A stretch of DNA of 64,000 nucleotides, from NCBI RefSeq assembly GCF_006345805.1, contig NC_043015.1:25234001-25298000 (forward strand), given 5' to 3'. Below, in pieces: positions 27,081 to 39,985 of the stretch. A program made the position numbers and the translations under genes. Source of the DNA: Octopus sinensis. Lineage: Eukaryota. Numbering within the stretch: the stretch's first letter is position 1; the number at the start of each line of letters is the position of its first letter. The notes below the pieces were generated by a model that was not told the origin of the DNA, did no database searches, and saw only the letters and a list, made by a program, of their open reading frames with translations.

Positions 27081-27345
27081 CATGCATGTATATATATTCA
27101 TATATGTGTGCATATATATATACATGTACATGTGCATATATATGTATATATATATATATAAGCATAATATATACATGTGCATATATATGTATGTACATAT
27201 ATATATATATATATATGCATATATATATATGTATATATATACATTTACATACATATATATATGTTTATATATATACATTTACATACATATATATATGTGT
27301 ATATATGTACATGTACATATATATATGCACATATATATATGTATA

Positions 27346-27383
<38 letters not shown>

Positions 27384-27432
27384 TATGCTAGTGGACGTTA
27401 AACGATGATGATGATAATATATATATATATAT

Positions 27433-27468
<36 letters not shown>

Positions 27469-27480
27469 CAAATATGCATA
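26990..27480. repeat. Compound (TA)n/(TACA)n microsatellite (similar blocks at 5.85, 9.85, 27.8, 51.1, 54.9 and 62.3 kb)
   Basis: Direct inspection; source of the YIYI-type spurious ORFs. Confidence 0.95.
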
Positions 27481-28150
27481 TACACAACAGACATATAGAG
27501 AGAAAGAAAGGAAAAGAGGTAATGCTGAGTTGAGACAAATAGGCAAGCAAAGAAACAGGCAGACAGGCAGGCAGGCAGGCAGGCAGGCAGGAAGGCAAGC
27601 AGGCAGGAAGGCAGAGAGAGAAAAATGGAAAGCAATATTGGCATAGTTAAAATAAATGTGTCAATTAGAATATTGTTGTCAGTTATTGAGAGGAGAAACT
27701 CTCTGGATAACGGCACTGAAAAATACCAAAGTCCAAATACACAGATAAATCAATGTTACATAGGAAGCCTTCAGCACCATATGAAACCATTCCATTACTC
27801 TCACTTTATATATATATACATATATATATACATGCATATATATATATATACATATATATATATACATACATGTATATATACATACATATATATATATGCA
27901 TAAATATATACATATATATATACATACATATATATATATATATACATATATATACATATACATATCTATATATATACATACATATATATATATATACACA
28001 TCTATATATATACATACATATATATATATACATACATATATATATACATATATATATGTGTGTGTGTGTGTGTGGTGTGTGTGTGTGTGTGTGTGTATGT
28101 GAGTGTGTGTATATGTACATATATATATATATATATGCAAGTATATAATG

Positions 28151-28331
28151 CTGTTCATAGTGGCCCTTTCAGATATGCCCTCTGTTGCTATGATGGCCAC
28201 CCTTGCTACCTATGCAGCGGCATCGAACTCCCTTGTTGACCAAGTGCCACGTATCAGAGGTGGATTCACATATTAGTGTGGCTCATTCAATGGTGGTGCC
28301 CCAGTATGGCCACAGCCTTCGGGCTAAAACA
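28151..28331 (+). mobile_element. Internally deleted CR1-like LINE derivative (RT piece fused to C-terminus and 3' tail)
   Basis: [22 protein letters not shown] matches the RT of the 35.7 kb copy; it is joined to [11 protein letters not shown] and the tail ggtggtgccccagtatggccacagccttcgggct, which match the 3' end of the 43 kb copy. Confidence 0.8.
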
Positions 28332-28376
28332 TTTTTAGGGATTTTTAAGGATATATACATACACATATATATATAT

Positions 28377-28443
<67 letters not shown>

Positions 28444-28925
28444 ATATGCCGATCTTTCATGCTTTGCATGGTACTGTAGTATTATTGTTGTTGTTGTTTT
28501 TGCTATTATGTTGCTAACCGTGTGATGCATATATTGTTTTGCTGGTATTAATGTTATTAATAATAATAATAATGATATTAGTAGCAATAGTGATAATGAT
28601 AATAGTAATGATGTTAATATTAATGACATTTTGTAACTTAATATAATGTACTCTGGACTTTGTATATCTACATTTGAATATGAATATGTGTATGTTTTCT
28701 ACATTGTGATATCATAATATTGTATTGACCAACTGTAACATTGATTATAGAACATATGTATGTATATTGATTTATATTATTATGTATATGTATATATATA
28801 TATGTATAGGAGTATGGGTATATGCACTCATATGTATGTGTATATTATATATTATGGGTATGTAGCCACTCTTGTATGGGTGTACCTCCTCTGATATTCA
28901 TATTTAATTTAGTTTGCATTTCATA

Positions 28926-29052
28926 ATCTCTGAAGAGGCCTTGGGATATTTTTGTAAGTGTCTCATTTATAACTACATATTGACCTATCACATATGGCTA
29001 ATATGAGCATAATGAGACACCCATATCTGCATGGCCGAAACAGCTGTAAGAT
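28926..29052 (+). ncRNA. Type I hammerhead ribozyme motif with long stem II insertion
   Basis: ATCT-CTGAAGA-GGCC-[92 nt containing a perfect 10-bp stem 28958-28967/29011-29020]-GGCC-GAAA-CAGCTG-TA-AGAT; GUA site at 29048. Confidence 0.75.
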
Positions 29053-29286
29053 GTAGTTTATATTTATATTTGTATTTATTTATATTCACTTATACATACT
29101 GTACTAATTGTATCATATTACTCTTTCATGTACATTGTTTTGTTCTATATTATTATGTTTGACCTTAATGTTCATATGTAGTGGTTTAATAAATTATGTG
29201 ATTGGGTAATATCTGGTAGTTGATCATTGATTAAGATGTGTTTCTCCATTTTCTTATTTTGTATATATATATATATATATATACAT

Positions 29287-29317
<31 letters not shown>

Positions 29318-29903
29318 GATATATACATATATATATATACATACATATATATGTACATATATATATATATATATATATACATACATTGATTTTTCAGATT
29401 TTTGTATGCTAGGCTACTGGTTTTAAATTGATATTAATTAAATTAATATTCAGTTTATCTCCCTCATTATTTAAATGTACACATATATATATATATATCA
29501 TCATCATCATCATTTAACGTCTGTTGTCCATGCTGGTATGGGTTGGATGGTTTGACCATGGCTGGCAAGCTGGAAGGTTGCACCAGACCCCAGTCTGATT
29601 TGGTATGTTTTCTACAGCTGGATTCCTTCCTAACACAAATGACTCCAAGAGTGTAATGGGTAATTTTAAGCCACCGGCTTGGGTGCTATTTGCACGACAC
29701 CTGTATCTGCCATGAATGTGAATTTACTTGACTTGATGGGTCTTTGTGTCAAGCACAACATAATGCCAAGGGTCTCGGTCATTGCTTCCATACAACCAAT
29801 AAAATATTTTGGTGAGTTATCTCTCAAACTGTGTAATGTGTAATCTAGAATTATTAGGAACGACTGAGACAAGTAGTAAAGCATAAATTGCATCAAAATC
29901 TTT

Positions 29904-29940
<37 letters not shown>

Positions 29941-29949
29941 GTGATCCTT

Positions 29950-30221
29950 TCTCCTTAAGGCATATGGCTTGAAATCTGATGGGAGGGGAGCAGACATCTA
30001 CGGTGACCCCAGTGTTCAACTTGTGCTTATTACACTGACCCCAAAAGGATGAAAGGCAAAGCTGACCTCAATGGAAGAAGAAGAAGGGGGAGGAGGAGGA
30101 GGAGGAGGAGGAGGAGGGGGAGAGTGGAGGAGGAGAAGAAGAAGAAGAAGAAGAAGAAGAAGAAGAAGAAAAAGAAGAAGGAGAAGAAGAAGAGGAAGAA
30201 GGAGAAGAAAAAGAAGAAGGA

Positions 30222-30268
<47 letters not shown>

Positions 30269-31130
30269 TTTTAAGGCGACAATTTGCCAGAGATGATTTT
30301 TAAAATGAGAATATCTGAAATAAACTCAACTGCCCCTACAAATGAGAATACTAAAAATGAACCTGAACACTCCCAAAAATTAACTAAAAAAACAGAAAAA
30401 ATAATCCAGAATCCTTGTCCAGTACCAGATCGATCCCAAAATCTAATCAGTTCATTCCAGTTACGAGGCTAAACATCCCTGAAAGTTTCATCCGAATCCC
30501 TTGAGTGGTTTTTCAGATATCTTGTCCACGGACAAACAAACACGACTGAAAACAATACCTCTGCCTTCACTAAGGCAGAGATAATAATAATAAAAGCCTT
30601 TTCTAATTTTGGCAGCAGTCCATCAATTTTGAGAGGAGAAGGCAAATCAATTACATTGATTCATTATTTCCCTGGTGCTGATTTTAACGACACCAAACGG
30701 ATGAAAGGAAAATTGATCATGGCAGGAATTGAACTCAGAAGGTAAAGATTTAGAAGAAGCACCACAAAGCATTTTTTTAATGTGTTAACAATTCTGACTA
30801 TTTGTCGACTTAAAAACGATAACACTGGTCATAAATGTTGGCCCAAGGGAGAAGGTCAAAGTTGATTATTTTGACTTCAGTACTAATGAATCAGAAAATT
30901 TTCAGCAAAGCATCTTGGTTTTAAGTCTTGGCACAAGGCCAGCAATTTCAAAAGAGGGGACATGTTGATTACATCAACCCTAGAGTTCAACTGGTACATA
31001 TTTTATCAACCCTGAGAAGATGAAATGCAAAGTTGACCCTGGCCACATTTGAATTCAGAACGTAAAGTCAAATGAAATGCCACAAAGCATTTTGCTCTCA
31101 TGCTGACGATTCTGCCAACTCCCCATTTTA
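29950..31130 (-). mobile_element. Stack of 3-4 Nin/Deu-like SINE copies with a (GGA)n(GAA)n tract at 30075-30270
   Basis: Repeated gaaaggatgaaaggcaaagt.gacc...gaatttgaactcagaa motif on plus, i.e. SINEs on minus. Confidence 0.7.
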
Positions 31131-32289
31131 TGGGTTGCTTTAAATATTATGGCAGCAATTGTAGTGATGTATTCATTTGGAACAGTTTCCAATAAATTCT
31201 TAACATAGTGAATACCCTACTGAGCAATGTAAAAAAATTCCTCTGCTAACAACTTACTTAAAAAGCATCGAAGCAAAATATTCTTTGCAATAAATATTAA
31301 TAATTGCAGAGCATTTTTTCAGCTGCAGCTAAATACATATGGATAAGTAAACCCACTGCTTCTTTACCTCTTCCCACCAACTGCTTCTCAAATTTATCCT
31401 TCTGCTTAAGCTGTAGTTATTATGTGTGTATGTGTAAGCAGGTGTCCTGCATTTAGTATCACCATGTATCTACCACTGCTTAGCAATTTCACTCTTCCTC
31501 CTATCCACTTTAACTTTTTATCTTAACTCTTTTCCTCTCTTTCTCCATCTCGCTATTTGATATAAAGCATGACTGGAGAAACCAACTGATCAACACTCCT
31601 ACTGGCTTTTATTAAACAGAAATTACTCTTTCATAGACAAGGAACAAAACATTACTGTAAATTCTCAACAACTCGCACATCAAAATATTCCGTTTTTGCC
31701 CCCACATTTCGTTATTGTCTTAGTAATTCTTTTGTGTTATACATAGATGTGTGAAGGTGGACATAGACAATTTCAGTGCTTATTTTTTGTTTGTACATGT
31801 TTAGCTTTCTACTCATGGGGATGGATATACTGTCAAAGCATAGAGGCATACAATAAATAATTATTCTAAGATTATTGCAGTAAATCTCTCCAGGTTTGAT
31901 GTTCTTCCATATCATCTTCTCATGCTGGATCATCATTGTCGTTGTCAGCGTAATCATCATTATTGTTGTTGTTGTGAGGGTGCATGGGTGGTGGGTTGTG
32001 TTCTTGAGCAAAATACTTCATCCCATGTTCCTCTCCAATCACTTCTGTATCTGACACGTGGTATACCTGTGCACCTCTTCAGGCAACATCAATTTGATGG
32101 AGGGAGTGATCTTAATGGGCATCACATGTATTTGACCACTATAAAACAAACCATTTTACAAAAGCTGAGCACCCATATGTTGTCTTCGGCCAGAGAGTCC
32201 ATCATTATTATTATCGTGGCAGTGAGCTGGCTGAATTGTTAGTTCTGGACAACATGTCTTGCAGTGAATATTCTAACTCATTATTCTAA

Positions 32290-33042
32290 CTTTGGCAGGA
32301 TTTGAACTCAAAATGTAAAGAGTCAGAAGAAATGCCATAAATAATTTCCTCCAACATGTTAACAGTTCTGCCAGCTCACCTCTTGGAATAAGAATAATGA
32401 TAACAGCAAGGATTTGGCATTTTGGTACAAGGCCATCAATTTGCATGGAAGGGCAAGTCAAATACATCGAATCCAGTGCATCACTGGTACTTATTTTATT
32501 GACCTCGAAAGGATGAAAGGCAAAGTAGACCTTGGTGGGATTTGAACTCACTATGTAAAGAGTCTGAAGAAATACCACTAAGCATTTTACCTGGCAGGCC
32601 TTCGATTCTGCTAGTTTGCCCCTTTATAATGAGTAACCTGATGATGATAATAATAATAATAATAATAATAACAATAACAATAACAATAATAATAGTAATA
32701 ATAATAGTAATAATAATAATAATAATAATAATGATAATTCTTTCTAACTTTGGCATCAGCCAGTTATTTTGAGGGTATAAATCGATTGTATCAACCCCGC
32801 AACTTGACTAATGCTTTACTTTATTGACTGCCGGAAGAATGAACGACAAAGTTGGCCTCAGCTGGATTTGAACTAACTCATTATGTTCTTAGGCCAACTT
32901 TGTCTTTCATTCTTCCAGCAGTCAATAAAGTAAAGCATTAGTCAAGTTGCGGGGTTGATACAATCGATTTATACCCTCAAAATAACTGGTTGATGCCAAA
33001 GTTAGAAATAATTATCATTATTGTTATTATTATTATTATTAC

Positions 33043-33093
<51 letters not shown>

Positions 33094-33501
33094 TATTATT
33101 ACTATTATTATTGTTATTGTTATTGTTATAATTATTATTATTATTATTATCAGGTTACTCATTATAAAGGGGCAAACTAGCAGAATCGAAGGCCTGCCAG
33201 GTAAAATGCTTAGTAGTATTTCTTCAGACTCTTTACATAGTGAGTTCAAATCCCACCAAGGTCTACTTTGCCTTTCATCCTTTCGAGGTCAATAAAATAA
33301 GTACCAGTGATGCACTGGAGTCGATGTAATTGACTTGCCCTTCCATGCAAATTGATGGCCTTGTACCAAAATGCCAAATCCTTGCTGTTATCATCATTCT
33401 TATTCCAAGAGGTGAGCTGGCAGAACCGTTAACATGTTGGAGGAAATTATTTATGGCATTTCTTCTGACTCTTTACATTTTGAGTTCAAATCCTGCCAAA
33501 G
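32290..33501. repeat. About 570/610-bp inverted duplication of a SINE cluster with a 32-nt spacer
   Basis: 32290-32858 is the reverse complement of 32891-33501 with only scattered substitutions; the internal (AAT)n tracts differ in length. Confidence 0.93.
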
Positions 33502-35346
33502 TCAGCTTTACAGTTCATGCTTTCAGGGTTGATAAAATAAGTTGACCACTGGATTCAATGTAACTGACTACCCCCATTCCCTCAAAATAGCAAGCCTTTT
33601 GCCAAAATTGGTAACCCTAATTGTTTTTTTTTATAAAGATAATTGCTTCCCATGCTACGATATCATCATTATCATCATCGTTTAACGTCCATTTTCCATG
33701 CTGGCATGGGTTGGACAGTTTGATTGAGACTCCAATCTGATATGGCAATGTTTCTACAGCTGGATGCCCTTACTAACGCCAACCACTCTGAGAGTGTAGT
33801 GGGTGCTTTTTACATGCCACCGGCATGGGAGCCAGTCAGGGGGTACATATTACGTACCCCCACACAGGGGCCAGTCAGGCAGTCCTAATTCTATATTACA
33901 CTACACCAGACATAATGCAAGAGAATGAGGAAGCTTCTCTGCCCGTGGTTCACAACCTTACTGCTTCTAAGAAGCCTTTTTATTTAAATAAACTATTCCA
34001 TACACCCCCAACCCTTTCAAAGATTTGCCTACTGAACCATTCAATGTTACTAATTAATTACAAATTTTTTTTTTCCATTCTAATCTCTTAATTAAAATAT
34101 ATTTCTAACTGGATATACAAATAAATGACAGAACCGATAAAAAAGAAAAAAGAAAACATTTAAGGTGAGAGATGATATTGTTTTGTCATGACTGTTCCCA
34201 AATCCAGGTACCAAAACAGCTTTCAGTTTAGGTCATCAATCAATACAACTTCTAAAAGACTTAATGATTTCTGCAGATTTGCAGACTACTTTTGAAATAT
34301 TAGAAGTTTATTTGCATCAGCCTTATCAAAATTATATCTTCTACATTTCTGTCAGCAACTAGAGATTTAGAGTTTAGCTCACAAATTCCTACAATGGCAT
34401 TGTAGAATCTCATAGCATCATGAAGCACAGTTTGGGAACTGCTTGTATTGGGGGTTGCTCAACCCATTTGAAATAACAGTTAAATTCTTCATATCCTTCA
34501 CCTACCAGCTTAAAAAAGTGCAGCACACACTGAATAATTTAATCTTAGGAAAGAGATTGGTGGGGAGGGCTTTTTTGGTCATATTAAGAATGCTTTTAGA
34601 CTTATGTCTGATTCATTAGGAATGATCTGGGTCTAAATGACAACCCAAATGGGCATGAAGCACTGCCAAAATATCAATGAAATTGTTTGTTTGATCAGCA
34701 AGTTGTGTGGTGATTGACCTGCTCAAGCAGAGATGAACATAAAACATACAACACACACATAGCAGTTGTTTGAAATTCTATCAAAGGAAAACCCAACTTT
34801 GATCCAAACAATGGCAAATGTATCTGCAAGTAATGAAAGTAGTTCTACTGTTTAATAGAATGGATCGATAAGAATTATAGAAATGTCAGTGGAAATTTTA
34901 TTGTGATGTGAAATAATTATATTTTTGCTCATAAAATAGGCCAGCATGTATGAAAGAGCCAAATGTAAACAGGTGTAATGATGCTGGTGATTCTGATAGT
35001 GGTAGAAATGGCAATGAAGATGATGATGATGGTGGTGATATTTTTGATGATTAGGACTGATGATGGGGATGGAGTTGATGAAACTGCCTTTACTGATATC
35101 ATTATTGATGAAAGCAGCAACAGTTGTGCTGACAATGATCATAACGATGTTGATGATGATCATTCTTACAAAATCATTAACTCCCAAAATCATTAGTAAT
35201 TGTGTATTTGTATAATGAGGCATGTACATTAAGCTTTTAATAGTCCAACTCATTCACAAACACACCCACTCACATAGAAACAAAATCATACATATGTAAA
35301 TGAGCATTCCAGAAAGAACTGTAATTTGCCACAATTATCATCATAG

Positions 35347-35512
35347 TGGAGGCAGGTGGCTTAGTAGTTAGGGTGCTGGACTCATGATCGTAAGATTGTG
35401 ATTTCAATTCCTGGACTGGGCAATACATTGTGTTCTTGAGCAAAACACTTCATTTCACTTCATTGCTCCAGTCCACTCAGCTGGCAAAAATGAGTCATCC
35501 TGTAACTGACCG
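35347..35512 (+). mobile_element. tRNA-derived SINE 5' part, truncated at the LINE junction
   Basis: A-box-like tggcttagtagtt and B-box-like gatttcaattcc; ends abruptly against the RT of the CR1-like LINE. Confidence 0.65.
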
Positions 35513-38394
35513 GCATCCTTTGTGTGCCGGTAGCGCAGGGCCTGGAACTTACCTGCATTACACTGCATGTTGTTGTCCTCAGCCCACCTGTATATTGTAT
35601 CCAACCCCTGTTGCAGATGTGCAATATTTCCAGGGTTTTGTATTGTGTGGGAGACTTTTGTGTCATCTGCATAGCTAGCAAGGGTGGCCATCTTAGCAAC
35701 AGAGGGCATGTCTGTAAGGGCCACTATGAAGAGCAGTGGCCCCAAGACAGTGCCCTGTGGAACACCGCTTGTTGTTTGTGTTTCCTTGGAGGTGGCTCCA
35801 TTGGTCACAACTGCCTGCTTTCTATCTTTTAGGAAGTTGTGCAGCCACTCTCCAAGTTTTCCGCCTATGCCGAGACCACGCAGTTTGTGACAAATCATAC
35901 CATGGTTGACTTTATCAAAGGTTTTTGCAAAGTCGAGATATATCACATCCACATTTGAGCCATTTAGTAGCTGTTTTAACACCCAGTCATAGTGTTGCAG
36001 GAGCTGTGTTAGGCAGCTTCTACCTGGTCGAAATCCATGCCGGGTGTCAGTCAGCAAGTCATTTTCTTCAAGGAACATGATTAGTTTCTTGCGGACTATT
36101 CATTCCATGACTTTGCTGATGTGTGAGGTCAGAGAGATAGGCCTATAATTTTTAGCATCTGCTCTGCTTCCTCCCTTATGGATAGGGCATATTACCCCCT
36201 CTTTCAATTTGACTGGGAGCTTACCACTTGCAAGAAAGCTCTGTAAAAGAAGCTGTAGCGGTTTTGCAAGGGCTCATTTGAACGATTTGAATAGGATCGC
36301 TGGAAATCCATCAGGTCCAGCAGCTGAGTTTGTGTCAATCTCATCTATGGCGAGTGTGATATCATCATCTTCAATGTTGATGTACTCAATTTTTGCCTCT
36401 TTGGCCGCAGGTAAAGTGGCAAAGAATTCTTCTGGGTTGTTTACTTGCCTGTGTCCTAGAGGTGTAGTGAACACACTTTGGAACTGTTCGTTCAGTATTT
36501 CACTTATCCTCATGGGATTTCCTGTGAGGGAGCCATCTTTTTGGAAGGGAGGTCCTATTCTCTGGTGCACTGTGGCTGTCACTTTGGCAAACTTAAAGAA
36601 AGCTTTAGGGTTTGACTTTATATTTTCTATTACCCAAGCTTCTTTATCTGCTCTCTCCTTTTCATGAGACTGATGCAGACTTTTCTCAATTTCCATTAGC
36701 ATTCTCTCGAGCCGAGACTTCTCACCAATTTTGGTGTGCTTACTCAGGCGGTTTGCAATCCTTGTCCGTTGTCTCATAAGAATCTTCCTTTCTCTAGGGA
36801 TCCTGTTTTTGTTTTTGTGTGTGCTGGCCCTGCACACTGGGACATATTTGTCACATATGGCTTGTATTATGGACATGAAGCGTTTGTGTTTCATGTCAAT
36901 GTCTGGTGTGGAAAGACATTTAGGCCAATCCTGTTTGAGGATCTCTTTCTCAATCAACTTCCAATTTGCTTTATGAAAGTTTAAGTTGGAGAGATTGTGG
37001 ATGCTTCGTATAGGCTGTGTGTCTGCAGGGGCTTTTGGTCCATACATAGACAGCTCTATTATGTTGTGATCTGAGATCATTGTTGGCATCACTTTAACAT
37101 TATGGATAATATCCATATTGTTTGTGAAGCAGAGATCCAGTATATTATTTGCCCTTGTTGGTTGCAGCACTATTTGCTCCATGAAAGAGGCACTCTGCCT
37201 GTGCCTGCTGATGGTGTGTCATCCCTGGGAGCATCTGCCCACCAGGCCATTCCACATTGGGGAAGTTAAAGTCACCCATGAAGAATACACTGTTGTGTTG
37301 TTCCAGGTTGGTGAGAACTTCTCCTATTTTTGTTAGGCAGTCTTCAAACATGCCTGTGTGATTTGGGGCATCCGGTGGGCGATATGTAGTACATATGACG
37401 ATATTCAGTTGTCTTATGTGTACAATTTGAGTGTCACACACTGAGTTTGAATATGACAACAGGACCTGGGGCGTGTGATCATCTCGGATGTACATTGCAA
37501 CTCCACCATGGCTCCTTCCTTTTCTATCTAAGCGTATGGCAGCATATTGCGGTATGTGTATTTCTGCATCCCCTATATCAGGTCCAAGATGCGTTTCTAT
37601 GAGTGCCATGCATATAGCTTGATTGCATGCCACAAGGTCTCTCAGGAATGAGATTTTCCTTTTACAGTTGCCACGCAGCAGCCCTCCTACGTTCAGTAGA
37701 AATATTTTTGTGGTGTGTGTGTTGGTGTCTGTGGTGACCATCCTGCATCTGTTGGTGGTGGCCTTATGTGGTGGTAGTTCCAACTTTGTGTTTGTAGCCA
37801 GGTCAGCTGCTGGACAATTTTTTGTGCCATGCACAAAAAAGATTGCTGTTCAGCTGCTGCCCTTCTCACATCAGGGTGAAGCTAGCCATTTGTTGGGCTA
37901 TGCAGTATCTTTTTTGGACCACACACTAAATCCGCATATCGTCTTTCAGGAGTAGTCAGTGCGCCATTTTTCCTTCTTCTATATTTTAATTTTTATTTTT
38001 GTTCTCCCCAAAGGAGGGATTTTTGTCTTGTGTCCATGCGGTTTTGGCAGGGCTTCTGATGTGCAAAACAACAGTTTGCACCATCGTCGCCATGCCAGCA
38101 GTCTCCCTTCAGGTAGAATTTGCAGACGTTTCTGCTTTTGCCCTTGTAGCTCTTGCTGGGGTTCTTCTGTTTTTTCTGAACAGTGTTTGTTTTAGTTTTC
38201 TTGTCTTTTACCTTTTGTTTTCTGTCGAGTTTAGGATGCTTTCCTTTTTTTGCAGCCATTGCACCTCTTTGGCCTTCAGTTGTGTTGGGAGCTGGACATG
38301 TACCATTGTTTCCCTTGTTTGCAGGTCTCTCAGTTGTGTCTTTTGTTGGGTCCGGGATGCTTTCTCCATCCTTTTGGTCTTCCCTGGTGCAGTC
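35513..38394 (-). mobile_element. CR1-like LINE (partial ORF1 with CCCH finger, APE endonuclease, RT), truncated at both ends
   Basis: ORF1 CKFYLKGDCWHGDDGANCCFAH; APE LLNVGGL...IETHL...HGGVAMYIR...YRPPD...MGDFNFPNVEW; linker NILDLCFTN, SDHN; RT HGFRPGRSCLTQLL, YLDFAKTFDKV, GVPQGTVLGPLLF, YADDTK. Several frameshifts and stops. Confidence 0.93.
37145..37780 (-). pseudogene. APE-type endonuclease domain of LINE ORF2
   Basis: ORF-track 37145-37834 translation has the APE motifs N..G, E.HL, GDFN; frameshifts into 36274-37182. Confidence 0.9.
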
Positions 38395-38439
38395 ATATAT
38401 ACTCTTTTACTCTTTCACTTGTGCACTATATATACTCTT

Positions 38440-38760
38440 TTACTCTTTCACTTTTTTCAGTCATTTGACTGTGGCCATGCTGGAGCACCGCCTTTAGTCG
38501 AACAAATCGACCCCAGGACTTATTCTTTGTAAGCCTAGTACTTATTCTATTGGTATCTTTTGCTGAACTGCTAAGTTACGGGGACGTAAACACACCAGCA
38601 TCGGTTGTCAAGCGAAGTTGGTGGGACAAACACACACACACACAAACATACACACACACATACATATATACGATGGGCTTCTTTCAGTTTCTGTCAACCA
38701 AATCCATTCACAAGGCTTTGGTCGACCCGAGGCTATAGTAGAAGACATTTGCCCAAGATT
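38440..38760 (-). mobile_element. tRNA-derived SINE family 1 (head truncated)
   Basis: Matches the 42491-42898 copy; its tail abuts the 5' end of the CR1-like LINE via a duplicated 26-mer (38395-38420/38428-38453). Confidence 0.85.
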
Positions 38761-39580
38761 CAGATGAATATGGTACTTAAGTTGAGGCACCAGAATTTAG
38801 CACAGTATTATCCATACAATTTCAAAGTAAGGTGATTAAAATCAAAATAAGCAACAAGGATATTATCCAGAGGTAATGCAGTATGATCGCTTCATGCAAC
38901 TCCATTTAATTGAACAATGCAATCATTACATCAATTTAAAAGCAGAGCAATCCTCAGCTGCACAAAGACATAAAATTTAATAAAATTAAAACATGGACAC
39001 ATTAGTATAATTATACCTAAAATCTCCAAGAATTTAAGGAGATAGACAAAGAGCATGCTGCCTTCACTCCAGCATAGTAGCTTCTAGATATATATATATA
39101 TATATATATATAATAGATATGATGGAAATACTTTTGCAGTGCAATGCAACAAATTTTGATACATAATTTTTATTGTATAATTTCTTCCCTGGACAAAAGC
39201 TCACATTTTTAGCAATCAAAACAGTCAAATAACAGGCTTAAAACCCCAGTCAGTGGGAAAACAAAATGATGATGCCCTTGCGGGTAACATTTTTTAAATA
39301 AAATTACAAGCCAAATCAGCCAGTGATGGAATAGTCGCTACCAATAAGCTTGTAATTTTCAAGTCAAACTAATCCAGAATAGTGATCTAGCTTCACTGTG
39401 GGGTGGTTATCTTCCCTGTCAGTATATGAAAATGTGCTTACTTGTGGCTCTTAAAGTTTTTAACTCTTATCTCTAGCAATATAGCTGCTACCCAGCAGCC
39501 TCAGTCACAGTTAGGGACAACTGAATATTCCTTTTTTGGTTTTCTATTGCATATAGCTGCCTTTGTTATTTTATGTATGA

Positions 39581-39985
39581 ATGGCTGTGTTAAGTAGCTT
39601 GCTTACCAACCACATGGTTCTGGGTTCAGTCCCAATGCATGGAATCTTGTGCAAGTGTCATCTATAGTCTCGGGCTGACCAAAGCCTTGTGAGCAGATTT
39701 GGTAGATGGAAACTGAAAGAAGTCTGTTGTATGTGTGTGTGTGTTTGTGTGTGTCTGTGTCATTGTGTCTGTCTATGTTTGTGTGTCTGTGTTTGTCCCC
39801 CCACCCTCACTTGACAACCAGTGTTGGTGTGTTTATGTCCCAGCAACTTAGCAGTTCAGCAAAAGAGACCAATAGCATAAGTACTAAGCTTAGAAAGAAT
39901 AAGTCCTGGGGATGATTTGTTTGACTAAAGGTGGTGCTCCAGCATGGCTGCAGTCAAATGACTGAAGCAAATGAAAGAAAAGAAT
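39581..39985 (+). mobile_element. tRNA-derived SINE family 1
   Basis: Head tggctgtgttaagtagc...gggttcagtccc; tail ggtggtgctccagcatggctgcagtcaaatgactg. Confidence 0.85.

Noticed and set aside
37999-38532. 177-aa plus-strand ORF (also 43012-43362 and 44319-44912)
   Set aside because: These are antisense shadows of LINE ORFs.
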